Assembly (NCBI GenBank): GCA_944377405.1
Contig: CALWES010000005.1
Span: 78,901-142,900, forward strand
DNA: 64,000 nucleotides
Reading direction: 5' to 3'
Origin: an uncultured Lachnospiraceae bacterium
Lineage (GTDB): Bacteria > Bacillota > Clostridia > Lachnospirales > Lachnospiraceae
Below the pieces are notes generated by a model. The model was not told the DNA's origin. It worked only from the letters and a program-made list of their open reading frames with translations, and made no database searches. Positions within the stretch are counted from its first letter, which is position 1. The number at the start of each line of letters is the position of its first letter. Below are positions 1 through 9,216 of this stretch, piece after piece. The translations under genes were made by a program, and so were the position numbers.

Positions 1-96
1 GAGGCGGCAGAGCACCTTCGGGAGCTGGAAAAGGAAATGCAGGAGATCGGTTTCCAGGTGGTCTGCGACCGGGGTGACTACCCGGGCAGGGCCTGA
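1..96 (+). CDS. 3' end of an unidentified CDS entering from upstream (...EIGFQVVCDRGDYPGRA*)
   Basis: Frame 1 is open from the window edge to TGA at 94-96. Too short to assign a family. Confidence 0.3.
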   Translation, partial: EAAEHLRELEKEMQEIGFQVVCDRGDYPGRA

Positions 97-129
97 CAGG
101 AAGATCCTGCAGTGGATTGGAGGTGTGAA

Positions 130-1389
130 ATGGGATTGAATCAGACTCCTTCGGGAGAACGGATACATATCGGCTTTTTCGGCAGGCGGAATGCGGGAAA
201 GTCCAGCGTAATGAATGCAGTGACGGGCCAGAGCCTGGCGGTGGTCTCCGAGGTGAAGGGCACCACCACGGATCCGGTGTATAAGTCCATGGAGCTTCTG
301 CCCCTGGGTCCTGTCATGATGATCGATACGGCAGGAATCGACGATGAGGGGGAGCTTGGACAGCAGCGGGTCGGAAAGAGTATCTCCGTTCTGAACAAAA
401 CGGACATCGCAGTTCTGGTGGCAGACGGCTGCGAGGGCCTTCAGGAGGAGGACCTCCGGCTTCTGGAGCGTTTCGAGGAGCGGGGGATCCCCTATCTGGT
501 GGTGCTGAACAAAGCGGACCTGTGGGGCGGAACAGACCTTCTGGAAAAGGGCGGCTTCGGCCTTTCCGATGAGCAGTTTCAGAAGCTCCGTTCGGAGGAC
601 CGGATCCTTTCCGTAAGTGCCATGGACCGGAGCGGCATCGAAGCCCTGAAGGAACGTATGGCAGGGATCTACCGTACAGAGGACCGGCAGCGGCAGCTGG
701 TGGGAGACCTGATCGCTCCCCTGGACCTGGTGGTGCTGGTGATCCCCATCGACAAGGCAGCCCCCAAGGGCAGGCTGATCCTGCCCCAGCAGCAGACCAT
801 CCGGGGGATCCTGGAGGCCGGGGCCACGGCCCTTGTGGTGCGGGATACGGAGCTGGAAGAGACCCTTCGGAGGCTTCCGGAAAAACCGGCCCTTGTGATC
901 ACGGACAGCCAGGTCTTCGAGTCCGTTTCCAAGGTGGTTCCGGAGGATGTGCTCCTCACCTCCTTCTCTATCCTCTTTGCCCGTTATAAGGGTGACCTGG
1001 AGGGACAGGCGCGGGGAGCTGCGTCCCTGTCGGAGATCCGGGACGGAGACCGGATCCTCATCAGTGAGGGCTGTACCCATCACAGACAGTGCAACGACAT
1101 CGGTACCGTGAAGCTGCCGGGCTGGATCCGGGCCTATACCGGGAAGGAACCGGAGTTCTGCTTCACCTCCGGAACGGAATTTCCGGAGGATCTAAGCCCC
1201 TATAAGCTTGTGGTCCACTGCGGAGGCTGCATGCTGAACGAACGGGAGATGCAGCACCGGCTTGCGCAGGCGGCAAGGCAGCAGGTACCCATGACCAACT
1301 ATGGGATCCTCATCGCCATGATGAAGGGCATCCTCAGACGGAGCGTCCGGGTATTTCCGGAGCTTTCGGACTCCCTGGGGGACTTATAA
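130..1389 (+). CDS. hydF: [FeFe]-hydrogenase H-cluster maturation GTPase HydF
   Basis: N-terminal GTPase P-loop GRRNAGKSS, DTAG and NKAD motifs. C-terminal CTHHRQC...HCGGC FeS-cluster motif typical of HydF. ATG 130 lies 5 nt after GGAGGTG; the ORF track starts at GTG 112. Confidence 0.85.
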   Translation: MGLNQTPSGERIHIGFFGRRNAGKSSVMNAVTGQSLAVVSEVKGTTTDPVYKSMELLPLGPVMMIDTAGIDDEGELGQQRVGKSISVLNKTDIAVLVADGCEGLQEEDLRLLERFEERGIPYLVVLNKADLWGGTDLLEKGGFGLSDEQFQKLRSEDRILSVSAMDRSGIEALKERMAGIYRTEDRQRQLVGDLIAPLDLVVLVIPIDKAAPKGRLILPQQQTIRGILEAGATALVVRDTELEETLRRLPEKPALVITDSQVFESVSKVVPEDVLLTSFSILFARYKGDLEGQARGAASLSEIRDGDRILISEGCTHHRQCNDIGTVKLPGWIRAYTGKEPEFCFTSGTEFPEDLSPYKLVVHCGGCMLNEREMQHRLAQAARQQVPMTNYGILIAMMKGILRRSVRVFPELSDSLGDL

Positions 1390-1439
1390 GGACCTTCGTG
1401 GAGAAACTGTGAACTTTCTAAAACTTTTCTAAAGAATGG

Positions 1440-1478
1440 GACCCGCCGCTTGCGGAAAAAAGCGGCGGGTCTTATAAT
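1440..1478 (+). terminator. 11-bp GC-rich hairpin after hydF, overlapping a promoter-like TTGCGG-17-TATAAT for ftsH
   Basis: GACCCGCCGCT / AGCGGCGGGTC stem at 1440-1471. The T-tract is weak (TT). TTGCGG at 1450-1455 and TATAAT at 1473-1478. Confidence 0.45.
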
Positions 1479-1561
1479 CTATGACAGGATGTCATCCGGC
1501 CCTTTAAAAGCTTTTACAGGAAAGGGATGACAAATCACAGAAAAGGGAGAACAGAACCTTT

Positions 1562-3562
1562 ATGCCTAATCTAGGAAACATTTTTGACTACCGGGAGGAC
1601 CCCGATCATTCCAGATACGACGGAAGCCACGGGAATGGCAAGCCCCCAATCAAGAAGCCTGCCACCCCCATGATCATCTATGCGGTGGTGGCCCTTGTGG
1701 TCATGATCCTCCTGAATTCCCTGATGCTTCCCGCCATCGGGAAGATGAGTATCGTCCAGGCCAGCTATGACGAATTCCTGACGGAGCTGGACGAGAAGAA
1801 TGTGGATCAGGTGGATCTGTCCCAGACCACCATCGAGTACACCCTGAAGGATACCCCGGGGAAGGTCTACCAGACGGGCCGCATCAGCTACTTCGGCGAG
1901 GTGGACCGGATGTACCGGGCGGGAGCCCACTTTACCCAGGACATCCCCACGGAGGTGCCCACTCTTGTGGTGCTCCTGATCAACATGCTGCCCCTGATCC
2001 TGATCTTCTGGTTCGGATCCAGGCTTTCCAAGCGGCTGACCCAGTCCATGCAGAACGGGGGAGGCGGAGGCCTTTTCGGGGGCATGGGCAAGTCCAACGC
2101 AAAGCTTTATGAGAAGGACACCACCGGTGTGAAGTTCAAGGACGTGGCCGGAGAGGACGAGGCCAAGGAGCTTCTGACGGAGATGGTGGACTTCCTGCAT
2201 AACCCCGGCAAATATAAGAGCATCGGCGCGAAGATCCCCAGAGGCGCCCTGCTGGTGGGCCCTCCGGGAACCGGTAAGACCCTTCTGGCAAAGGCCGTGG
2301 CCGGAGAAGCGGACGTACCCTTCTTCTCCATTTCCGGTTCGGAATTCGTGGAGATGTTCGTGGGCATGGGTGCCGCCAAGGTAAGGGACCTCTTTAAGGA
2401 GGCGGAGAAAAAAGCCCCCTGTATCATCTTCATCGACGAGATCGACGCCATCGGCAAGAAGAGAGGCCGGGGCGGCTACGGCGGAAACGACGAACGGGAG
2501 CAGACTCTGAATCAGCTCCTGACGGAGATGGACGGCTTTGACAGTACAAAGGGCATCATCGTGCTGGCAGCCACCAACCAGCCCGACGAGCTGGATCCCG
2601 CCCTCCTGCGGCCGGGACGTTTTGACCGGAGAGTTCCGGTGGAGCTTCCGGACATGCAGGGCCGTGTGGACATCCTGAAGGTACATGCAAAGGATGTGAA
2701 GATGGCGGGGAACATCAACTTTGAAGCCATTGCAAAGGCCTGCCCCGGAGCTTCCGGCGCAGAGCTTGCCAACATCATCAACGAGGCGGCCCTCCGGGCG
2801 GTTAAGGCCGGCAGGGAACGGGTGAACCAGCAGGATCTTGAGGAAAGCATCGAGGTAGTCATGGCGGGCTACAAGAAAAAGAACAAGGTGCTGACGGACA
2901 AGGAGAAACTCATCGTGGCCTATCATGAGGTGGGACATGCCATGGTGGCAGCCAAGCAGACCAACAGCGCTCCTGTCCATAAGATCACCATCATCCCCAG
3001 GACCTCCGGGGCTCTGGGATACACCATGCAGGTGGATGAGGACGGAAACCACTACCTCATGAGCAAGGAGGAGCTGGAGAACAAGATCGCCACCCTCTGC
3101 GGCGGACGGGCAGCGGAGGAGCTGATCTTCAAGAGCATTACCACGGGAGCCTCCAACGACATCGAACAGGCCACGAAGCTGGCCCGGGGCATGATCTCCG
3201 TATACGGCATGAGCGGGGAGTTCGACATGGTGGCCCTCCAGTCCAGAGGCAATCAGTATCTGGGCGGAGACGCAGCCATTGCCTGCTCCGACGAGACCCT
3301 TACCAGGGTGGACCAGGCGGTGATGGAGCTTGTGAAACAGCAGCATCGGAAGGCCTACCAGATCCTTGAAGATAACATCATGAAGCTCCATGAGATCGTC
3401 AAGTATCTCTATGAGAAGGAGACCATCTCGGGAGAGGAGTTCATGCAGATCCTGGAGAGCAAGGAAAACGAGATCCAGAAGCAGGCGGAGCTTAACAGCA
3501 GGCTGGAAGCTTCTGCTTCAGACGGACCGGAGACTCCTGCCGGGAATGAAGAGGCTCACTAA
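1562..3562 (+). CDS. ftsH: ATP-dependent zinc metalloprotease FtsH
   Basis: N-terminal TM segment, AAA+ Walker A GPPGTGKT, Walker B IIFIDEID, zinc motif HEVGHA. Confidence 0.95.
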   Translation: MPNLGNIFDYREDPDHSRYDGSHGNGKPPIKKPATPMIIYAVVALVVMILLNSLMLPAIGKMSIVQASYDEFLTELDEKNVDQVDLSQTTIEYTLKDTPGKVYQTGRISYFGEVDRMYRAGAHFTQDIPTEVPTLVVLLINMLPLILIFWFGSRLSKRLTQSMQNGGGGGLFGGMGKSNAKLYEKDTTGVKFKDVAGEDEAKELLTEMVDFLHNPGKYKSIGAKIPRGALLVGPPGTGKTLLAKAVAGEADVPFFSISGSEFVEMFVGMGAAKVRDLFKEAEKKAPCIIFIDEIDAIGKKRGRGGYGGNDEREQTLNQLLTEMDGFDSTKGIIVLAATNQPDELDPALLRPGRFDRRVPVELPDMQGRVDILKVHAKDVKMAGNINFEAIAKACPGASGAELANIINEAALRAVKAGRERVNQQDLEESIEVVMAGYKKKNKVLTDKEKLIVAYHEVGHAMVAAKQTNSAPVHKITIIPRTSGALGYTMQVDEDGNHYLMSKEELENKIATLCGGRAAEELIFKSITTGASNDIEQATKLARGMISVYGMSGEFDMVALQSRGNQYLGGDAAIACSDETLTRVDQAVMELVKQQHRKAYQILEDNIMKLHEIVKYLYEKETISGEEFMQILESKENEIQKQAELNSRLEASASDGPETPAGNEEAH

Positions 3563-3585
3563 GGGCCGGTGGAAGAAGAGAGAAA

Positions 3586-3610
3586 GGGACTGCAAATGCA
3601 GTCCCTTTTA
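3586..3610 (+). terminator. Rho-independent terminator after ftsH
   Basis: GGGACTGCA-AA-TGCAGTCCC hairpin followed by TTTT. Confidence 0.8.
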
Positions 3611-3626
3611 TGTTATACTGTAGGGC

Positions 3627-6029
3627 ATGGAAGAAAAAGCATTAAAAATACTGGAATTTGATAAAGTGATCGAACAGCTTGCCGCCTTTGCCACCTCGGA
3701 GGCAGGACGGGGGCTGTGCAGGAAGATAAAGCCGGATACGGACCCGAAACGGATCCGCACCTGGCAGCAGAACACCTCGGATGCAAAGGACCGGATCCGC
3801 CTGAAGGGATCCTCCCTGTCCTTCCGGGGCGTAAAGGAGATCGGTGACTCCCTGAAGCGGCTGGAGATCGGCTCCGCTCTCTCCATTCCGGAGCTTCTGG
3901 CAGTCAGCTCCGTCCTGACGGTGGCCGCCAGGGCGAAGGCCTACGACCGCAGCCAGGGAGGCGAGGAGGAAGAGGAGCGCAGGGACAGCCTGTCGGAGTA
4001 TTTTTCCTTTCTGGAGCCCCTGACTCCGGTGAACAACGAGATCCGGCGCTGCATTATTTCCGAAGAGGAGGTGGCGGACGATGCCTCTCCGGGACTTTCC
4101 CGGGTGAGACGGCGCATGAAGCAGACGGCGGACCAGATCCACAGCGGCATGGCGGGGCTTCTGAACAGCTATCGGGATTACCTGACGGATGCGGTGATCA
4201 CCCAGAGGGACGGCCGCTACTGTCTCCCCGTAAAGGCGGAGTATAAGTCCCGGGTCCCGGGCATGGTACACGACTCCTCCTCCACGGGCCTGACCCTTTT
4301 CATCGAGCCCATGGCCATCGTGAAGCTGAACAACGATCTTAGAGAGCTCCTTGTGGAGGAGAAAAAGGAGATCGAGGCGGTGCTTTCCGCCTTAAGTGCT
4401 TCCCTGGCGGAGCATGTCTATGAGATCTCCGAAAATATCCGATATCTGAAGAAGCTGGATATGATCTTTGCAAAGGCCCTCTTTTCCGGCGAGATGGAGG
4501 GAACGGAACCGGTCTTCAGCCGGGACCGCCGCATCAATATCCGCAGGGCCAGACATCCCCTGATCCCAAAGGACCGGGTGGTACCCATCGATCTGCGGCT
4601 GGGGGAGGACTTTGATCTCCTGGTGATCACCGGACCCAACACCGGCGGAAAGACGGTCTCCTTAAAGACGGCGGGCCTTCTGACCCTCATGGGCCAGGCG
4701 GGGCTTCACATCCCCGCAGAGGAGGGCTCCGTCCTGGGGATCTTCCAGGACGTCTATGCGGACATTGGAGATGAGCAGAGCATCGAGCAGAGCCTCTCCA
4801 CCTTCTCCGCCCATATGAAGAATATCGTTCACATCCTGGATAAGGCGGATTCCAATTCCCTCTGCCTCTTTGACGAGCTGGGAGCCGGAACGGATCCCAC
4901 GGAGGGTGCGGCCCTTGCCATGGCCATCCTGGGATTTTTACACAATATGCAGACCAGGACCATCGCCACCACCCATTACAGCGAGCTGAAGGTCTATGCC
5001 CTTCAGACGGAGGGGGTGGAGAACGCCTGCTGCGAGTTTGACCTGGAGACCCTGCGTCCCACCTACCGGCTTCTGATCGGTATCCCGGGAAAGTCAAATG
5101 CCTTTGCCATCTCCCGGAAGCTGGGACTTCCCCAGTACATCATCGATGAGGCGAAAAAGCATATCGAGGCAGAGGATGAGAGCTTTGAGGATCTGATCCA
5201 GAAGCTGAACGATGACCGGGTCCAGGCGGAAAAGAGCCGCCGGGAGACCGAGAGCTACCAGAAGGAGATCGACGAGCTGCGGCAGCGGATCCGGAAAAAG
5301 GAAAGCCGGCTGGATGAGAGCCGGGAGAAGATCCTGCGGGAGGCAAGGAATGAGGCCGCCCGGATCCTGAAGGAGGCCAAGGACACGGCGGATTCCACCA
5401 TCCGCAGCCTGAACCGCCTCTCCGCTGCAGGAGGCGGAAACATCAATGCGGAGGCCGAGGCTCAGCGGGAGAAGCTCCGGAAGGAGCTGAAGAAGAATGA
5501 AAGCGGCACCGCCTCCAGACAGAAGGGACCGGCTCAGCCCGTATCTCCCAAGAAGCTGAAGCTGGGGGACGGAGTCAGAGTCCTTACCATGGGAGGCATG
5601 ACGGGTACCGTATCCAGTCTGCCGGACCGGGACGGAAATATTTTCGTGCAGCTTGGCATCATGAAATCAAAGGTCAATGTCCGGGACATCGAGCTTCTGA
5701 AGGAAGCCTCCGTTACGGGGCCCGGCTATGAGACAAAGCAGAAGGCCGGAAGGAGCAGGACGGCATTTTCACCCAAGTCCTTCTCCGTAAGCCCCGAGGT
5801 CAACCTCATCGGCATGACCACGGACGAGGCCATCCCCGTGATGGACAAATATCTGGATGACGCCTACCTGGCTCACCTGGAGCAGGTGCGGGTGGTCCAC
5901 GGACGGGGCACCGGCGCCCTGAAGAAGGCGGTCCACGCCCACCTGAAGCGGCTGGGCTATGTGAAGGACTTCCGCCTGGGAGAGTACGGCGAGGGAGATA
6001 CCGGCGTCACCATCGTGACCTTCAAATAA
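3627..6029 (+). CDS. mutS2: Endonuclease MutS2 (MutS domain plus C-terminal Smr domain)
   Basis: 800 aa. P-loop GPNTGGKT, MutS ATPase core (STFSAHM, DELGAGTDP). C-terminal Smr region (LIGMTTDEA...VRVVHGRGTGALK). Confidence 0.92.
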   Translation: MEEKALKILEFDKVIEQLAAFATSEAGRGLCRKIKPDTDPKRIRTWQQNTSDAKDRIRLKGSSLSFRGVKEIGDSLKRLEIGSALSIPELLAVSSVLTVAARAKAYDRSQGGEEEEERRDSLSEYFSFLEPLTPVNNEIRRCIISEEEVADDASPGLSRVRRRMKQTADQIHSGMAGLLNSYRDYLTDAVITQRDGRYCLPVKAEYKSRVPGMVHDSSSTGLTLFIEPMAIVKLNNDLRELLVEEKKEIEAVLSALSASLAEHVYEISENIRYLKKLDMIFAKALFSGEMEGTEPVFSRDRRINIRRARHPLIPKDRVVPIDLRLGEDFDLLVITGPNTGGKTVSLKTAGLLTLMGQAGLHIPAEEGSVLGIFQDVYADIGDEQSIEQSLSTFSAHMKNIVHILDKADSNSLCLFDELGAGTDPTEGAALAMAILGFLHNMQTRTIATTHYSELKVYALQTEGVENACCEFDLETLRPTYRLLIGIPGKSNAFAISRKLGLPQYIIDEAKKHIEAEDESFEDLIQKLNDDRVQAEKSRRETESYQKEIDELRQRIRKKESRLDESREKILREARNEAARILKEAKDTADSTIRSLNRLSAAGGGNINAEAEAQREKLRKELKKNESGTASRQKGPAQPVSPKKLKLGDGVRVLTMGGMTGTVSSLPDRDGNIFVQLGIMKSKVNVRDIELLKEASVTGPGYETKQKAGRSRTAFSPKSFSVSPEVNLIGMTTDEAIPVMDKYLDDAYLAHLEQVRVVHGRGTGALKKAVHAHLKRLGYVKDFRLGEYGEGDTGVTIVTFK

Positions 6030-6053
6030 CCGAAAAGCAGAACGGAGAAAATC

Positions 6054-6761
6054 ATGGCAGAACGACAGAAAATACTGATCGTGGACGATGACGCTTCCAT
6101 TGCGGAGCTTATCGCCCTGTATCTGAATAAGGAATGCTACGATACCAAGATCGTGGGCGACGGGGAGGAGGCCCTGCGGGAGTTCCCCCTGTATAAGCCG
6201 GATCTGGTACTTCTGGACCTCATGCTTCCCGGCATGGACGGCTATCAGGTATGCCGGGAGATGCGGATGCTCTCCGACACTCCGGTGATCATGCTCTCCG
6301 CAAAGGGCGAGGTCTTCGACAAGGTGCTGGGCCTGGAGCTTGGAGCGGATGACTACATGATCAAGCCCTTCGATTCCAAGGAGCTGGTGGCCAGGGTGAA
6401 GGCGGTGCTCAGGCGCTACCACGGCAAGAGCTCCCGGCAGGATCCGGGAAGCCAGGTGGGAGACTATGTGGAGTATCCGGACCTGATCGTGAACCTTACC
6501 AATTATTCCGTCCTGTATAAGGGGCACACGGTGGAGATGCCTCCTAAGGAGCTGGAGCTTCTTTATTTCCTGGCATCCTCTCCGAACCAGGTATTTACCA
6601 GGGAACAGCTCCTGGACCATATCTGGGGCTATGAGTACCTGGGAGACACCAGGACCGTGGACGTACACATCAAGCGCCTCCGGGAGAAGCTGGACAACAA
6701 CGAGCACTGGTCCATCTCCACGGTCTGGGGCATCGGATACAAATTTGAGGTAAAAAAATAA
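6054..6761 (+). CDS. OmpR/PhoB-family response regulator (no cognate kinase adjacent)
   Basis: Receiver domain (ILIVDDD ... LVLLDLMLPGMDG ... KPF) and winged-helix C-terminus (TVDVHIKRLREKL ... VWGIGYKF). Confidence 0.9.
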   Translation: MAERQKILIVDDDASIAELIALYLNKECYDTKIVGDGEEALREFPLYKPDLVLLDLMLPGMDGYQVCREMRMLSDTPVIMLSAKGEVFDKVLGLELGADDYMIKPFDSKELVARVKAVLRRYHGKSSRQDPGSQVGDYVEYPDLIVNLTNYSVLYKGHTVEMPPKELELLYFLASSPNQVFTREQLLDHIWGYEYLGDTRTVDVHIKRLREKLDNNEHWSISTVWGIGYKFEVKK

Positions 6762-7574
6762 ATGCAGGAAAAAGAACGTTTAAAAGAGATCCCCTTTGAC
6801 CTGCAGGGGAAGGAGCGCGTCTGCTATATCTTCGGAGCAGGCGCGTTCTTCGGATTAAAAACAAGGCCCCGGCCGGGGGATCTTGTGATCGCCGCAGACG
6901 GGGGCCTCAGACACCTGAAGGCCCTGGGCTTAAGACCGGACATCCTCATAGGGGATCTGGACTCCCTGAGCGAAGAGGAGGGAAGAAACTGGGGCGCGAA
7001 AGGACCGAAGGAGCCGGAAAGGAAGGCTCCCCTTTCCAAAGAGCAGGAACAACACCCCCAGGGACCGGAGCCGGGAGGCAGGATCCCCCTGACCTTCCGG
7101 AGGGAGGGGGATCTGATCCGGATCCCGGTGATCAAAGATCTGAGCGATTCTGCGGCGGCCTTAAGGATCGGAAGGGAACGGGGATACCGGAGGTTCTATC
7201 TTTACGGCTGTACCGGAGGCCGCATGGCCCACACCATGGCCAGCCTTCAGGACCTTGTCGCCCTGTCCAGGGAGGGCCTTACGGGCTATCTTTTCGGGGA
7301 ACGGGAGGTCATTACCGCCATTACGGACAGCTGCATCTCCTTTCCGGCGGGCATGGAGGGCTTTCTTTCCGTGTTTTCCGTAAACGACAGAAGCGGAGGC
7401 GTCCTGGAGGAGGGACTTAAGTATACGGTGGCGGATGGGAGCCTGGAAAACAGCTTTCCCCTGGGCCTCAGCAATGAATTTACGGGGCAGGCCGCCAGGG
7501 TGGCCGTGGAGCAGGGTACCCTTCTGATCTTTATCGATATCCGCAGCATCGAAGGAGCCGGGGTACGGGTTTGA
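6762..7574 (+). CDS. Thiamine pyrophosphokinase-like protein with a ~55-aa charged/Pro-rich insertion
   Basis: GDLDS, KDLSD and GGRMAH align with the TPK motifs GDxDS, KDxTD and GGRxDH. C-terminal beta domain present. The start ATG abuts the upstream TAA. Confidence 0.6.
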   Translation: MQEKERLKEIPFDLQGKERVCYIFGAGAFFGLKTRPRPGDLVIAADGGLRHLKALGLRPDILIGDLDSLSEEEGRNWGAKGPKEPERKAPLSKEQEQHPQGPEPGGRIPLTFRREGDLIRIPVIKDLSDSAAALRIGRERGYRRFYLYGCTGGRMAHTMASLQDLVALSREGLTGYLFGEREVITAITDSCISFPAGMEGFLSVFSVNDRSGGVLEEGLKYTVADGSLENSFPLGLSNEFTGQAARVAVEQGTLLIFIDIRSIEGAGVRV

Positions 7575-7575
7575 C

Positions 7576-7604
7576 TTGCAAAATCGGCTGAATTTTTGTA
7601 TAGT
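7576..7604 (+). promoter_or_regulatory. Sigma-A-like promoter for proS
   Basis: TTGCAA (7576-7581), 17 nt spacer, TATAGT (7599-7604). Confidence 0.5.
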
Positions 7605-7681
7605 AATAAGCACGCAAAAGCTAATGATGATGCCCCGAAGGGGCTGTCCATAAGTACTGAGAAGAATGGAAAGGTGAGATT

Positions 7682-9124
7682 ATGGCAAACGAGACAAAAA
7701 AACTTGTGGAAGATATCACTCCTATGGAGGTGGACTTTGCCCAGTGGTATACGGATATCGTCCGTAAGGCGGAGCTTTCCGACTACAGCTGTGTAAAGGG
7801 CTGCATGGTGATCCAGCCTGCAGGCTATGCCCTCTGGGAGAACATCCAGAGAGAACTGGACCGCCGTTTCAAGGAAACCGGCGTGGAGAACTGCTACATG
7901 CCCGTATTCATTCCGGAGAGCCTTCTGCAGAAGGAAAAGGACCATGTGGAGGGCTTTGCTCCCGAGGTAGCCTGGGTCACGGAGGGCGGCATGGAGCCCC
8001 TTACGGAGAAGATCTGTGTAAGGCCTACCTCAGAGACTTTGTTCTGCGATTATTACAGCCGGGCGATCCACTCCTACAGGGATCTGCCGAAGCTTTATAA
8101 CCAGTGGTGTTCCGTTGTGCGCTGGGAGAAGACCACCCGTCCCTTCCTGCGTTCCAGAGAGTTCCTGTGGCAGGAGGGCCACACGGCCCACGCCACCGCA
8201 GAGGAGGCCAGGGAGCGCACGGAGCAGATGCTGAACCTCTATGCGGACTTCTGCGAGGAAGTGCTGGCCATTCCGGTAGTCCGGGGAAGAAAGACGGAGA
8301 AGGAACAGTTTGCCGGAGCCATCGCCACCTATACCATCGAGGCCCTGATGCATGACGGAAAGGCCCTGCAGTCAGGAACCTCCCACAACTTCGGTGACGG
8401 TTTTGCCAAGGCCTTCAATATCCAGTACAGCGATAAGAACAACCAGCTGCAGTACGTTCACCAGACCTCCTGGGGCGTATCCACCCGTATCATCGGCGCC
8501 ATCATTATGGTGCACGGAGATGACGACGGTCTGCGTCTGCCCCCTCGGATCGCACCTACCCAGGTGATCATCATCCCGGTACAGCAGAAGAAGGAGGGTG
8601 TCCTGGAGAAGGCTGCAGAGCTTAAGGCAGAGCTTCTGGAGAAAGGCTTCAGAGTCAAGGTGGACGACTGCGACAAGAGCCCGGGCTGGAAGTTTGCCGA
8701 CTGCGAGATGAGGGGAATCCCCCTTCGGGTGGAGATCGGACCCAGAGACATTGAAAACAACCAGGCAGTCCTAGTAAGACGTGATACCCGGGAGAAGATC
8801 ACCGTATCCCTGGATCAGCTTTCCGAAAAGGTGGCAGAGCTCCTGGAGGCCATCCAGAAGAACATGTACGACATGGCAAAGGCCCATCTGGAGGCCCATA
8901 CCTTCTCAGCCACCACCATCGACGAGATGGAGAAGATCCTGGACGAGAAGACGGGATTCGTTAAGGCCATGTGGTGCGGATGCCGGGAGTGCGAGGACGC
9001 TATCAAGGAGAAGACCGGCGCCACCTCCCGCTGCATGCCCTTTCAGCAGGAGCATATTTCCGACGTGTGCGTAAACTGCGGAAAGCCCGCCACAAAGATG
9101 GTTTACTGGGGAAGAGCATATTAA
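7682..9124 (+). CDS. proS: Proline--tRNA ligase (archaeal/eukaryote-like short form)
   Basis: 480 aa. The N-terminus [14 protein letters not shown]...[14 protein letters not shown] and the C-terminal ...YWGRAY are typical of this ProRS type. Class II aaRS core. Confidence 0.9.
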   Translation: MANETKKLVEDITPMEVDFAQWYTDIVRKAELSDYSCVKGCMVIQPAGYALWENIQRELDRRFKETGVENCYMPVFIPESLLQKEKDHVEGFAPEVAWVTEGGMEPLTEKICVRPTSETLFCDYYSRAIHSYRDLPKLYNQWCSVVRWEKTTRPFLRSREFLWQEGHTAHATAEEARERTEQMLNLYADFCEEVLAIPVVRGRKTEKEQFAGAIATYTIEALMHDGKALQSGTSHNFGDGFAKAFNIQYSDKNNQLQYVHQTSWGVSTRIIGAIIMVHGDDDGLRLPPRIAPTQVIIIPVQQKKEGVLEKAAELKAELLEKGFRVKVDDCDKSPGWKFADCEMRGIPLRVEIGPRDIENNQAVLVRRDTREKITVSLDQLSEKVAELLEAIQKNMYDMAKAHLEAHTFSATTIDEMEKILDEKTGFVKAMWCGCRECEDAIKEKTGATSRCMPFQQEHISDVCVNCGKPATKMVYWGRAY

Positions 9125-9171
9125 GGCCTTCCCGCAAGGGGCTTTTCCATAAGAAACGTATCATAAAAAAG

Positions 9172-9209
9172 AAACGCTGCCCGGCGAAGCTGCCGGACAG
9201 CGTTTTTTT
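9172..9209. terminator. Bidirectional terminator between convergent proS and fbp
   Basis: AAACGCTGCCCGGC...GCCGGACAGCGTTT hairpin flanked by an A-run upstream and a T-run downstream. Confidence 0.8.
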
Positions 9210-9216
9210 CAGGGAA

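Noticed and set aside
1571-3391. 606-aa ORF on the - strand
   Set aside because: It lies antisense to ftsH. This is a shadow ORF.
7575-7681. Possible T-box leader upstream of proS
   Set aside because: Only about 75 nt lie between the predicted TSS and the start codon, which is too short for a T-box. I found no specifier-loop or T-box consensus, and no terminator/antiterminator pair.
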